A DNA stretch of 64,000 nt from the NCBI GenBank assembly GCA_965112635.1, contig OZ218778.1:1280001-1344000 (forward strand), given 5' to 3'. Shown one piece after another: positions 1 to 8,151 of this stretch; the stretch's first letter is position 1; each line of letters begins with the position of its first letter. This DNA is from an uncultured bacterium. GTDB taxonomy: Bacteria; Oederibacteriota; Oederibacteriia; Oederibacteriales; Oederibacteriaceae. The notes beneath the pieces were generated by a model. That model did no database searches and was not told where the DNA came from. It saw only the letters and a list, made by a program, of their open reading frames with translations. The translations under genes and the position numbers were made by a program.

Positions 1-444
1 ATCGATATCCTTTGGCCTGTGGGTGGTAGCATCATTTGGAGTCTTTTTTGGTTACTATTTTGTTTAATAACGGAATGGTTTCTCCTAAGTCTAATTTTGT
101 TAAATATTGAAGTTACACGCTCTGAATTGAGATTTACTTCTTCTCTCCCGGTTTTTCCGAACATAATTATGTTTCGTCATAAAAGGTCTTTTAATGCCCG
201 ATATCTTTCTGTTTCCTGGAGTAAAATTCGTGAAATAAACTATGATAAACTTCCATTATTTTTTAGATGGCATCCAATTTTAAGGATTCATTACGGGTTT
301 AGAATTCCCATTGCAGTTTATTTGCCTGAGGTTTTTTATCCCTTAAGAAATCTTTTTTCTGCAATTAATCTTCATGTCCCTCTGCACAAATTTAACAAAG
401 GTGCGCAAAAGTTTTTTGTGAAACTGAAAAATAGGAGAGGTTAG
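1..444 (+). CDS. Hypothetical membrane protein, probably 5'-truncated by the window edge
   Basis: The frame of the 19..444 ORF is open back to base 1. Hydrophobic N-terminal segment; markedly AT-rich versus neighbours; ends 4 nt before the next gene. Confidence 0.5.
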   Translation: MDILWPVGGSIIWSLFWLLFCLITEWFLLSLILLNIEVTRSELRFTSSLPVFPNIIMFRHKRSFNARYLSVSWSKIREINYDKLPLFFRWHPILRIHYGFRIPIAVYLPEVFYPLRNLFSAINLHVPLHKFNKGAQKFFVKLKNRRG

Positions 445-448
445 GTAA

Positions 449-1312
449 TTGGAACCAGATTTAAGGACTGTTGACCTGCATGTGCATACCTACTTCTCTG
501 ACGGGACGTTTTCACCGGAAGAGGTCGTAAGCCACGCCCTAAGCATCGGTTTATCAGCCATTGCCATCACGGATCATGACTGCGTGGACGGCATCAAGCG
601 GGCCCAAGAGGCCGCAAAAGGAACAGGTTTAGAGGTCATAGCCGGAGCAGAGCTTTCCGCGGATAAAGACGGGCGCGAGGTGCATGTGCTAGGTTACTTC
701 AATGAGAAATTAACTCCTGAATTTGAGGGACAGCTCATTAGCTGGCGCAAAAAAAGGATAGAGCGGGCCAAGGAGATCATAGCCAAATTAAACCATCTAG
801 GTTTACCGCTCACCTTTGAGCAGGTCCGGGCCGTGGCGGAACGGGGCATGACCGGAGAAAAATCCATACATAAACTGGTGGGCCGGCTGCATATTGCCAT
901 AGCCCTGGCTGAAGCAGGCTTGGTCGCAGAAAAAGAAGAAGCATTTAGGAAGTATATCGGGGACGGCAAAAAAGCCTATGTGGCCAAGGCGGTCCTGACG
1001 CCGGAGCAGGCCATTGACGCCATTCATAATAGCAGCGGGGTGGCGGTGCTAGCGCATCCGGGCATCATGCAAATGGACGAATGGATAAGTGAATGGGTAC
1101 CGCAGGGACTGGACGGACTGGAATGCTATCACACCAACCAGTCGCCCGCAGTGTCCGAGCATTATTGCCAAATGGCCCGGCGTTATGACCTCCTCATCAC
1201 CGGCGGGTCGGACTGCCACGGCCTGGGCAAGCCCCGTGTTTTGATGGGTGAGGTCAAGATGCCCTATGCAACTTTGGAAGAACTCAAAAACAGACTGGCC
1301 CAAAAACAATAG
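449..1312 (+). CDS. PHP-domain metal-dependent phosphoesterase (TrpH/YciV-like)
   Basis: Motifs DLHVHTYFSDG, ITDHD, VHVLGY, LAHPG, TGGSDCHG; TTG start after AGGAGAGG. Confidence 0.9.
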   Translation: MEPDLRTVDLHVHTYFSDGTFSPEEVVSHALSIGLSAIAITDHDCVDGIKRAQEAAKGTGLEVIAGAELSADKDGREVHVLGYFNEKLTPEFEGQLISWRKKRIERAKEIIAKLNHLGLPLTFEQVRAVAERGMTGEKSIHKLVGRLHIAIALAEAGLVAEKEEAFRKYIGDGKKAYVAKAVLTPEQAIDAIHNSSGVAVLAHPGIMQMDEWISEWVPQGLDGLECYHTNQSPAVSEHYCQMARRYDLLITGGSDCHGLGKPRVLMGEVKMPYATLEELKNRLAQKQ

Positions 1313-1381
1313 TTTGGTCTGGATAAGTTTTGAAAACAGGCTAAAATTAAGGGCAATATACCTAGGCGGGAGGAACAAACA

Positions 1382-1816
1382 GTGAAAAAAATACTGGTCA
1401 TTCACGGTCCCAACCTGAACCTTTTAGGTAAAAGGGAAAAGAACATTTACGGCAAGACCACTTTGGGCGAGATCAACAAAAAACTCCTGGCCCTGGCCAA
1501 AGAACTCAAGCTGGAGCTTAAAATCGTGCAAAGCAACAACGAGGGGAGCATCGTGGAGGCCATCCACCAGTCCCTGGGATGGGCCCAGGGCATCCTCATC
1601 AACCCGGCCGCTTATACCCACACCAGCCTGGCCATCCGCGAGGCCATTAGCGGAGTGGATATCCCGGCCGTGGAAGTGCACCTATCCAACATCTATTCCC
1701 GCGAAGAGTTCCGCCATCATTCCTTTGTGGCGCCAGTGGCCAAAGGCCAGATAGCCGGTTTCGGGGTCAACAGCTATTTGCTGGGATTACGGGCTCTGGC
1801 CGGCCTGAAAAAGTAG
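1382..1816 (+). CDS. aroQ: Type II 3-dehydroquinate dehydratase
   Basis: [40 protein letters not shown] signatures; GGAGG SD. Confidence 0.97.
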   Translation: MKKILVIHGPNLNLLGKREKNIYGKTTLGEINKKLLALAKELKLELKIVQSNNEGSIVEAIHQSLGWAQGILINPAAYTHTSLAIREAISGVDIPAVEVHLSNIYSREEFRHHSFVAPVAKGQIAGFGVNSYLLGLRALAGLKK

Positions 1817-1839
1817 TTTGAGCACCGCGGAGGTGTCGC

Positions 1840-3753
1840 GTGGGACTGCGTAAGCTCCTCAATCCTCATAAGCTCTGGGCCTCGGCCCTGGGCCTCCTGC
1901 TCGTGGCCAATACCGTGTGGACCGCCAAGCGCTATCCCTGGATGCTGCCATTGTCCCTGCTGTTACTGGTCTGGCTGTCCGGGTTGTGGATGCTTTTTAA
2001 AAAACGGGGGGCAGGCGTTTACCTGCCCAAGTTCCTCCTGCCCCTGGGCCTTTTCTTTATTTATTCCAGCGTGTCGTTCGTCACTTCCACCGCGCCGTTG
2101 ACCAGCGTGGACGAGTTCATGCTCCTGTGCGGGGCGTTTTTGGCCATGCTCTTTGCCAGCGAGACCCTGCATGACCAGGACAGCCAGGACGCGTTCCTTT
2201 TTTTCACGGGCCTGTGCCTGCTGGTCGTCAGCCTCCACGGACTGGTCCAGCATTTCCTCACCCTGCCGCAGAACTACCAGAGGATCATCGCCGGAGAACA
2301 GAACAACCCCGCCTTGGTGGAGTTCGGGGCGTATTTCCATTCAGGCAGGGCCTACTCCTTTTTTGTCTACCCCAACGCGCTGGCCAGCTTCCTCATCCTG
2401 TGCCTGCCGCCCTGGGTGGCGTGGCAGTGGAGCAGGGGCCATCAGGGGATACTCGGCAAGACCCACAAGTTCATGAGCGTCCTGATGCTGGTTTTGGGGG
2501 GGGCGTGCCTCATTTTCACCTATTCCATCGGCGGCTGGTTCTCGCTTTTGCTGGCCGTGTTCCTGGTGATCTACCTGGAGGGCCATTTCAAAGGCAAGAA
2601 TATCTGGGCATTGGCCGGATTGATCGTGGTGGTGCTGGCTTTCCTGCTGGCCGCCCGGGGATGGCAGAGCTGGCGGGACGCTTCGGTCGGGCTGAGGCTG
2701 GAGAACTGGAAGTCCATCATGAACATCGTGTTCGATTCGCCGGCCTGGGGCAAGGGCCTGGGCAGCTTTGCCAGGGAATACATGCGGGTCAAAAGTTTCA
2801 GCGCCACGGAAATGCAATACGCCCACAACACCTACCTGCACTGGTTCGCGGAGCTGGGGCTTATCGGGTTCGTCCTGTTCTTCTGGTTCCTCTACGCCTG
2901 GTTCCAGTTCGCCAAGCAGCGCTTTGACCAGGGTAAATTGACCCTGGCCCAAAAGGCATTGTTTATGAGCCTGATAGCCTTTTGGATCCACGCCGGGATA
3001 GACCTCAACGCCCAGCTGTGGGAAATGTGTCTGCCGGCATGGCTTTTCATGGGCATGTTCACCTCGGACCCGACGGCGGAGCGTGTTTCCTCCCGTTTGC
3101 CGGGGTGGCTCAGGGCCGTCGTCATCCTGCTGGTGATGCTGGGAGCCCTGCCTTTGCTGGGCCTGCCGTTCCTCAACCAGTGGCACCGGGCCAAGGGCAT
3201 GGAGCTGGCCCTGGATAACGACCTGGAAGCGGCCCAGGCCGAACTCAACCAGGCCGTGCGGTTCGACCCCTGGGATGTCCGGACCCATGACGACCTGGCC
3301 GGGGTCAATTTCAAGCTGTGGCAGGACCGGGGCAAGGAAGAATATTACGCCGTGGCCGAGGCCAACCTCAATGAGGCTGTCAGCAGCGACCCGGAGAACG
3401 CCTATTACCACGAGCACCTGGCCATGCTGCTGCTCTCCCGCAAGGAACCGGAAAAAGCCTACGGGGAAATGGCCCTGGCTTTGCAATACAATCCTACGGG
3501 CCTGGACTATTGGCAGCAGTCCGCGGACACAGCCTACAAGCTGGCCTACATCGACCGGATGAACGACCTTATCGACAGCGCGGCCAAGTACGACAGCATC
3601 CAACCGTTGGTGACTGTCGGCGACGTGTTCTATAAAGAAGGGGGCAAGGACCTCGCTGTCAAAGCCTGGCAGAAGGCCCTGGAAAAATCTCCCAACGACC
3701 CTCTGGTTTTGCAGAGACTCCAACTGGCCCAACAGCCGGAGGGGAAGAAGTAG
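1840..3753 (+). CDS. O-antigen ligase/Wzy_C-family membrane protein with C-terminal TPR repeats (candidate O-oligosaccharyltransferase)
   Basis: Multiple TM segments; RAYSFFVYPNALA, R..W...GKGLGSF and YAHNTYLHWFAELGLIG motifs; TPR-like helices at the C-terminus. Confidence 0.82.
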   Translation: MGLRKLLNPHKLWASALGLLLVANTVWTAKRYPWMLPLSLLLLVWLSGLWMLFKKRGAGVYLPKFLLPLGLFFIYSSVSFVTSTAPLTSVDEFMLLCGAFLAMLFASETLHDQDSQDAFLFFTGLCLLVVSLHGLVQHFLTLPQNYQRIIAGEQNNPALVEFGAYFHSGRAYSFFVYPNALASFLILCLPPWVAWQWSRGHQGILGKTHKFMSVLMLVLGGACLIFTYSIGGWFSLLLAVFLVIYLEGHFKGKNIWALAGLIVVVLAFLLAARGWQSWRDASVGLRLENWKSIMNIVFDSPAWGKGLGSFAREYMRVKSFSATEMQYAHNTYLHWFAELGLIGFVLFFWFLYAWFQFAKQRFDQGKLTLAQKALFMSLIAFWIHAGIDLNAQLWEMCLPAWLFMGMFTSDPTAERVSSRLPGWLRAVVILLVMLGALPLLGLPFLNQWHRAKGMELALDNDLEAAQAELNQAVRFDPWDVRTHDDLAGVNFKLWQDRGKEEYYAVAEANLNEAVSSDPENAYYHEHLAMLLLSRKEPEKAYGEMALALQYNPTGLDYWQQSADTAYKLAYIDRMNDLIDSAAKYDSIQPLVTVGDVFYKEGGKDLAVKAWQKALEKSPNDPLVLQRLQLAQQPEGKK

Positions 3754-3821
3754 AACGGCTCTTCCGCTGTCCCCGCATTAATTCCTCCCAAGCCGGGGAA
3801 GTTAAGATATAATCTACTCCT

Positions 3822-5225
3822 ATGAAAAAGACTTTTTGCCTCCTTATCTGCCTGGGCCTGATGGCCGCAGGCTCCGCCTATGGCGACATCAAAGAAGGCC
3901 TGGTCCTCAAGCTCAAAAAGACCGTGGTCAATGTGGAAAAGCTGGTCACGGTCGGGCTTAATTCCGAATATGCCGGCCAGTTCAGGGCTTCGGGGTTCAT
4001 CGTGGACGCCAAGCAGGGCCTTATCGCCACCAACCGCCATGTGACCGGCACCAGCCCCAGCATCGTCAAGATCACCTTTGAGAACGGGAGTTCCACGGAA
4101 GCGAACCTCGTGTATTACGACGCCTGGCACGATTTCGGCATCTACAAGGTGGACCCGGCCAAGGTGGAGATGAAAATAGAGGCCGTGGAGCTGGGCAGCT
4201 CCTTCGGCCTCAAAGAGCAGGACGACGTTTTTATGATAGGCAACAATGACGGCGAGGAGTATTCGGTCAAGTTCGGCAAGATCTCCAACCTTTACCTCAA
4301 CAAAGGGGCCCGGCATTCAGCCACCCTGCAGACCACCTTTGACCGGGCGGGCGGTTCCAGCGGCAGCCCGGTCTTTAACGCCGACGGCAAGGCCGTGGCC
4401 ATCCATTTCGCGGGCACGGAAACCACCAGTTTTGAGATGCGCATCGAATACCTCAGGGACGCCCTGAGCCAGCTTAAGAAGGCCGGCAAGGTCAGACGGG
4501 GAGACGTCGGGCTCCAGGCGGACCTGATCCTGGTCTCGGACGCGCAAAAGCATTTCCACCTGGACGAGGCCACGGCCAAGAAGGTCAAGGCCCTGCGCCA
4601 GGACCTCAAGCAGATGGTCGCGGTCAGGTCCCGCGTGCCCCGCACCCCGGCTTTTTCCAAGCTTTTGCCGGGAGACCTCATCCTGACCGTGGACGGCATC
4701 TGGGTGGGGGACAACCTCTATCTCATGGACAAGCTGGTGGACGCCAAAGTCGGGGGAACCGTGACCCTGGGAATGGTCAGGAACGGCAACCCGTTCAAGG
4801 CCAAACTCGAGGTCAGCGACGCGGAGTCCCTCAAGATACAAAAATTCGTGCAGTGGGCCGGAGGCGTCCTGCAGGACCCCACCCCGGAGCTCAGGCTGAA
4901 CGACTGCATCGAGACCGAGGGCGTTTTCCTGACCCAGTGCGATAACGGTTCTTCCCTGACCTCTTTGGGATATCCTTTGGAAGGCGAGCGCTATATGGTG
5001 ATGATCGAGGGCGTCAACGGCGCACCAACCCCCAACCTGAAAACCTTTGTCCACGCGGTCAAGGACATCAAGGACCTGGACCATATCTACCTCATCGTGC
5101 GGGACAAGAACGCCCATAACTCCAACATCAAAGCTGTTCCCATCATCCTGAGCCTCAAATTCTTTCCCCTCAAGGTGAACGAGTGGTCTTCCAAAGCCAT
5201 GGACTGGGTAGAGGTCAAAGAGTAG
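3822..5225 (+). CDS. Secreted HtrA-family trypsin-like serine protease with PDZ domains (Nma111/Deg7-like)
   Basis: Signal peptide; catalytic triad in TNRHV / HDFG / GGSSGSPV; PDZ-like segments LLPGDLILTVDG and IEGVNGAPTPNL. Confidence 0.85.
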   Translation: MKKTFCLLICLGLMAAGSAYGDIKEGLVLKLKKTVVNVEKLVTVGLNSEYAGQFRASGFIVDAKQGLIATNRHVTGTSPSIVKITFENGSSTEANLVYYDAWHDFGIYKVDPAKVEMKIEAVELGSSFGLKEQDDVFMIGNNDGEEYSVKFGKISNLYLNKGARHSATLQTTFDRAGGSSGSPVFNADGKAVAIHFAGTETTSFEMRIEYLRDALSQLKKAGKVRRGDVGLQADLILVSDAQKHFHLDEATAKKVKALRQDLKQMVAVRSRVPRTPAFSKLLPGDLILTVDGIWVGDNLYLMDKLVDAKVGGTVTLGMVRNGNPFKAKLEVSDAESLKIQKFVQWAGGVLQDPTPELRLNDCIETEGVFLTQCDNGSSLTSLGYPLEGERYMVMIEGVNGAPTPNLKTFVHAVKDIKDLDHIYLIVRDKNAHNSNIKAVPIILSLKFFPLKVNEWSSKAMDWVEVKE

Positions 5226-5238
5226 CGGGAGGCCAAAA

Positions 5239-7176
5239 TTGGCGGCCGTGAACATCCAAACGATGGTTTTTTCCCTCTATGTGTACGCCCTGATCTTTTT
5301 GCTCCCCATCTTTAACGGCGGGAAGGGACTGGGCATCCGGGTTTTCCTGGAAATTGGAACCTTCATTTTTGCGGCCCTGTTCCTGGCGCTGGGCCGCCGG
5401 AGAACCCAAACCAGGCCGGTCCAAGGCGTGATCTACAGCGCGATCCTGTTCTTGGTTTGGTCGGTTTTGGGCAGCCTGGTCCACCATACCTTTTTCCACG
5501 CATTTCCCTCCGTGATGACCGTGCTGGCCTATGTTGCCCTGTTTATCCTTTGCCAGAACATGCCTTTATGGCCCCAAAGCAAGAGGGAACCGCTCCTGTG
5601 GTTCTTTTGTTTTTTGGGTGCGGCTACTGTCCTTTATGGGTTCTATCAATTGTGGACCGGGCACGCGGCTGTGTATATCGCCGGGGCCATGCCTTTTAGC
5701 AGGATAGCCTCCACTTTTCCCAATCCCAATCTCTACGGCGGATACCTCCTGATCCCTTTTGCCTGCGCCATGGCTCTGTTCCTGGAAAACCTTGGTAAAA
5801 AGAAGTGGGGCAATTCCTTTTACGCGCTCATTATTATTCTCGTTTGCCTCTGCGCGGGATTTATTGTTTCCAATTCCCGCGGAGCGCTCCTGGGGCTGGT
5901 TTTTATGGGAATTTGGTTCGTGTTCCGGAGAGGAACAAAGGAAAGCCCTGAACAACACAAAAAAAAGCTGAGGCTTTTCCTTTACACGGGGCTGGCAGTG
6001 CTGGCCTTGCTCGTCATTGTCCCCAACCCCCTGATGACACGCCTCGTCAACTTAAAGGCGGGTGTGGACACTTTGTCCGGCCTGCGCCCAAACATTTGGA
6101 AACAAACTTTTCTCCTGGCCTGCGAGCATCCCCTGGTAGGATGCGGCTGGGGCAGCTACCAGGAGGCGATGTATTGCCACGCGGTGCCGTTGGAAACGGC
6201 GGTGGGACGCTATGGCCGCTTTGCCAATTTCGCCCACGATGAATTTCTGCAGGTGACAGGGGAGAGCGGTTTTCCCGCTTTGGTCTTTTTCCTCGTTCTA
6301 TTATTTTTTGTTTACCGGGCCCTGTGGCAGGGGCCTCTGAGCAGTACTGCTCTGGCAGGCCGGGCGGTCCTTATCGGGCTCCTGATCCATAGCCTGGTCG
6401 ATTTTAACCTGCACCCTCCGGCCATCGTGGTCAGCGCCATTGTCCTGATTTCGGCCCAGACCAGGAAAGACGGGAAAAGCCCCAGCCCTGCCGCTAAACC
6501 GTGGGGCGGGGTTTTTAGGGTAATCCTGATCCTTGGTTTGGCACTTGGCATCCTTTTCATCTGCTTGCATGCAGTGGGAACCTTTTATGCGTCCCGGGCC
6601 CGGCTTGACCAGGATGTCCATTCTTCAACCCTGAAGTACCAAGCAGCGCTGCATTGGTTCGATGGGGAGAGCCAGTGGCAAGACGAATTGGGCCTTAAAT
6701 ATTTACAAGACAGCTCTTTAGGCGACCAAGCGAAGGCCATCCTCAGCGAAGAATGTTTTAACAAGGCCGTTGCGCTCTATCCGGCAGACCCGTTCCCGCA
6801 CCAGCACCTGGCCAGGCTTTATGATCATGAAAGGGGCATGGCGAACCTGGAGACCCTCTCGATCTATGAGTACAGGCAGGCCATAAACCTGGCCCCTTAC
6901 TCTCCCTTCCCCAGGTTTGAGTTGGGGTCCATCTTTTTTAATCAGAAGAAATACACGGAAGCGAGGAAAGAGTGGCTGGCCGCTGTCGAGGTCGAACCGA
7001 ATTACGCGGCCGCTGTTTTTGGCGTGGGACTGACCTACCAAAAACAAGGCCAGAAAATTCTAGCCCGCTCCTGGTTCGCCAAGTTGGACCGGATCAAAAA
7101 AATCCCTGTCACGGGCCAAACCACGGATTATGAAAAGCAGCTCATTTTTATTCCGGACAAACTGTCCTTTCAGTGA
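5239..7176 (+). CDS. O-antigen ligase/Wzy_C-family membrane protein with C-terminal TPR repeats
   Basis: RIASTFPNPNLYGGYL, SNSRGA, HPLVGCGWGSY, FAHDEFLQ and HSLVDFNLH motifs; TPR-like C-terminus. Confidence 0.82.
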   Translation: MAAVNIQTMVFSLYVYALIFLLPIFNGGKGLGIRVFLEIGTFIFAALFLALGRRRTQTRPVQGVIYSAILFLVWSVLGSLVHHTFFHAFPSVMTVLAYVALFILCQNMPLWPQSKREPLLWFFCFLGAATVLYGFYQLWTGHAAVYIAGAMPFSRIASTFPNPNLYGGYLLIPFACAMALFLENLGKKKWGNSFYALIIILVCLCAGFIVSNSRGALLGLVFMGIWFVFRRGTKESPEQHKKKLRLFLYTGLAVLALLVIVPNPLMTRLVNLKAGVDTLSGLRPNIWKQTFLLACEHPLVGCGWGSYQEAMYCHAVPLETAVGRYGRFANFAHDEFLQVTGESGFPALVFFLVLLFFVYRALWQGPLSSTALAGRAVLIGLLIHSLVDFNLHPPAIVVSAIVLISAQTRKDGKSPSPAAKPWGGVFRVILILGLALGILFICLHAVGTFYASRARLDQDVHSSTLKYQAALHWFDGESQWQDELGLKYLQDSSLGDQAKAILSEECFNKAVALYPADPFPHQHLARLYDHERGMANLETLSIYEYRQAINLAPYSPFPRFELGSIFFNQKKYTEARKEWLAAVEVEPNYAAAVFGVGLTYQKQGQKILARSWFAKLDRIKKIPVTGQTTDYEKQLIFIPDKLSFQ

Positions 7177-7263
7177 GGAAAAACCTTACAGCGGTTGCTT
7201 CATGATCCTGCTTTTTACCAGTTAATTTTTCCGCCGTTTACCGGCCTGTGTTAAGATACTCCC

Positions 7264-8148
7264 ATGAACTTAAAACACCTGAAATTCACTCTTTATAGCG
7301 GGGTTTTTGGGCTCAAAAGGCTCAAGATACCGCTCAGGGCGAGGGTCCTGGAAATAGGTTCGGGCGACCATCCGCATTACCGCTCCCAAGTACTCTGTGA
7401 CAAGTATGTGTCCGATTCCTCGGAGCGGGGCGGGGCCGTGGTAGTGGACCGGCCCTTCGTGGCCGCGGACGCGGAACACCTGCCCTTCAAGGACGGGGCG
7501 TTCGATTACTGCATCTGCCGGCATGTCCTGGAGCACCTGGAAAACCCCGGCGAGTGCCTGGGCGAAATGCAGCGGGTGGCCAGGGCCGGATACATCGAGT
7601 CTCCTTCCAGGCTGGCCGAGACCTGGCTGGGTTGGCCCTACCATCTATGGACCGTGGGACTGGAACAGGGAGTTTTGACCCTGCGGCCCAAAGAGACCAA
7701 GCCCTTCGGACTTTTTGGGAAACCTTTCCATGACCTGGCGGGCCAGGATCCCCAGGTCTCTGATTTCATCTTTATTAACAAGGATCTTTTTAACACCAGC
7801 TTGGAATGGAAGGACCGGATAGCCTGGAAAGTAACGGGCAAGGCCAAAGGAAGACCGGTCAAGGCGAAGCTGGGCAGGATCACAGCCATCCCGACGAAAA
7901 AAGAGACCCTGCCGGCCACCTGGCGCAACCGCCTGGTGCTTTTACTCAAGGGGGTCTTGCGGAGTTACTATGCCAGCAATCACTGGATCAGCCTGGGCAA
8001 ACTGTTCTCGCTGCTCCAGTGTCCCTGCTGCGGAGGCGAAGTGAAGAGCCCTGATGGGAAAGGTTTAACCTGCGTGAAATGCCGGACAAACTATCCGGTC
8101 ATCGACCATGTTCCCGTGTTTTTGGTCCCTGACCAGAAGAGGTCTTGA
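7264..8148 (+). CDS. Class I SAM-dependent methyltransferase with C-terminal Trm112-like zinc ribbon
   Basis: VLEIGSG, LPFKDGAFD and HVLEHL motifs; C-terminal LQCPCCGG..LTCVKCRTNYPVIDHVPVFL. Confidence 0.8.
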   Translation: MNLKHLKFTLYSGVFGLKRLKIPLRARVLEIGSGDHPHYRSQVLCDKYVSDSSERGGAVVVDRPFVAADAEHLPFKDGAFDYCICRHVLEHLENPGECLGEMQRVARAGYIESPSRLAETWLGWPYHLWTVGLEQGVLTLRPKETKPFGLFGKPFHDLAGQDPQVSDFIFINKDLFNTSLEWKDRIAWKVTGKAKGRPVKAKLGRITAIPTKKETLPATWRNRLVLLLKGVLRSYYASNHWISLGKLFSLLQCPCCGGEVKSPDGKGLTCVKCRTNYPVIDHVPVFLVPDQKRS

Positions 8149-8151
8149 GCA

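Noticed and set aside
2496-2503. G8 tract in the first Wzy_C-TPR gene as a phase-variation switch
   Set aside because: Short, the frame is intact, and homopolymers of similar length are common throughout the window.
2341-5255. Long minus-strand ORFs (e.g. 2341-3732, 4317-5255; also 34384-35223, 60853-61632)
   Set aside because: Antisense shadows of GC3-rich, motif-supported plus-strand genes; no recognisable domains.
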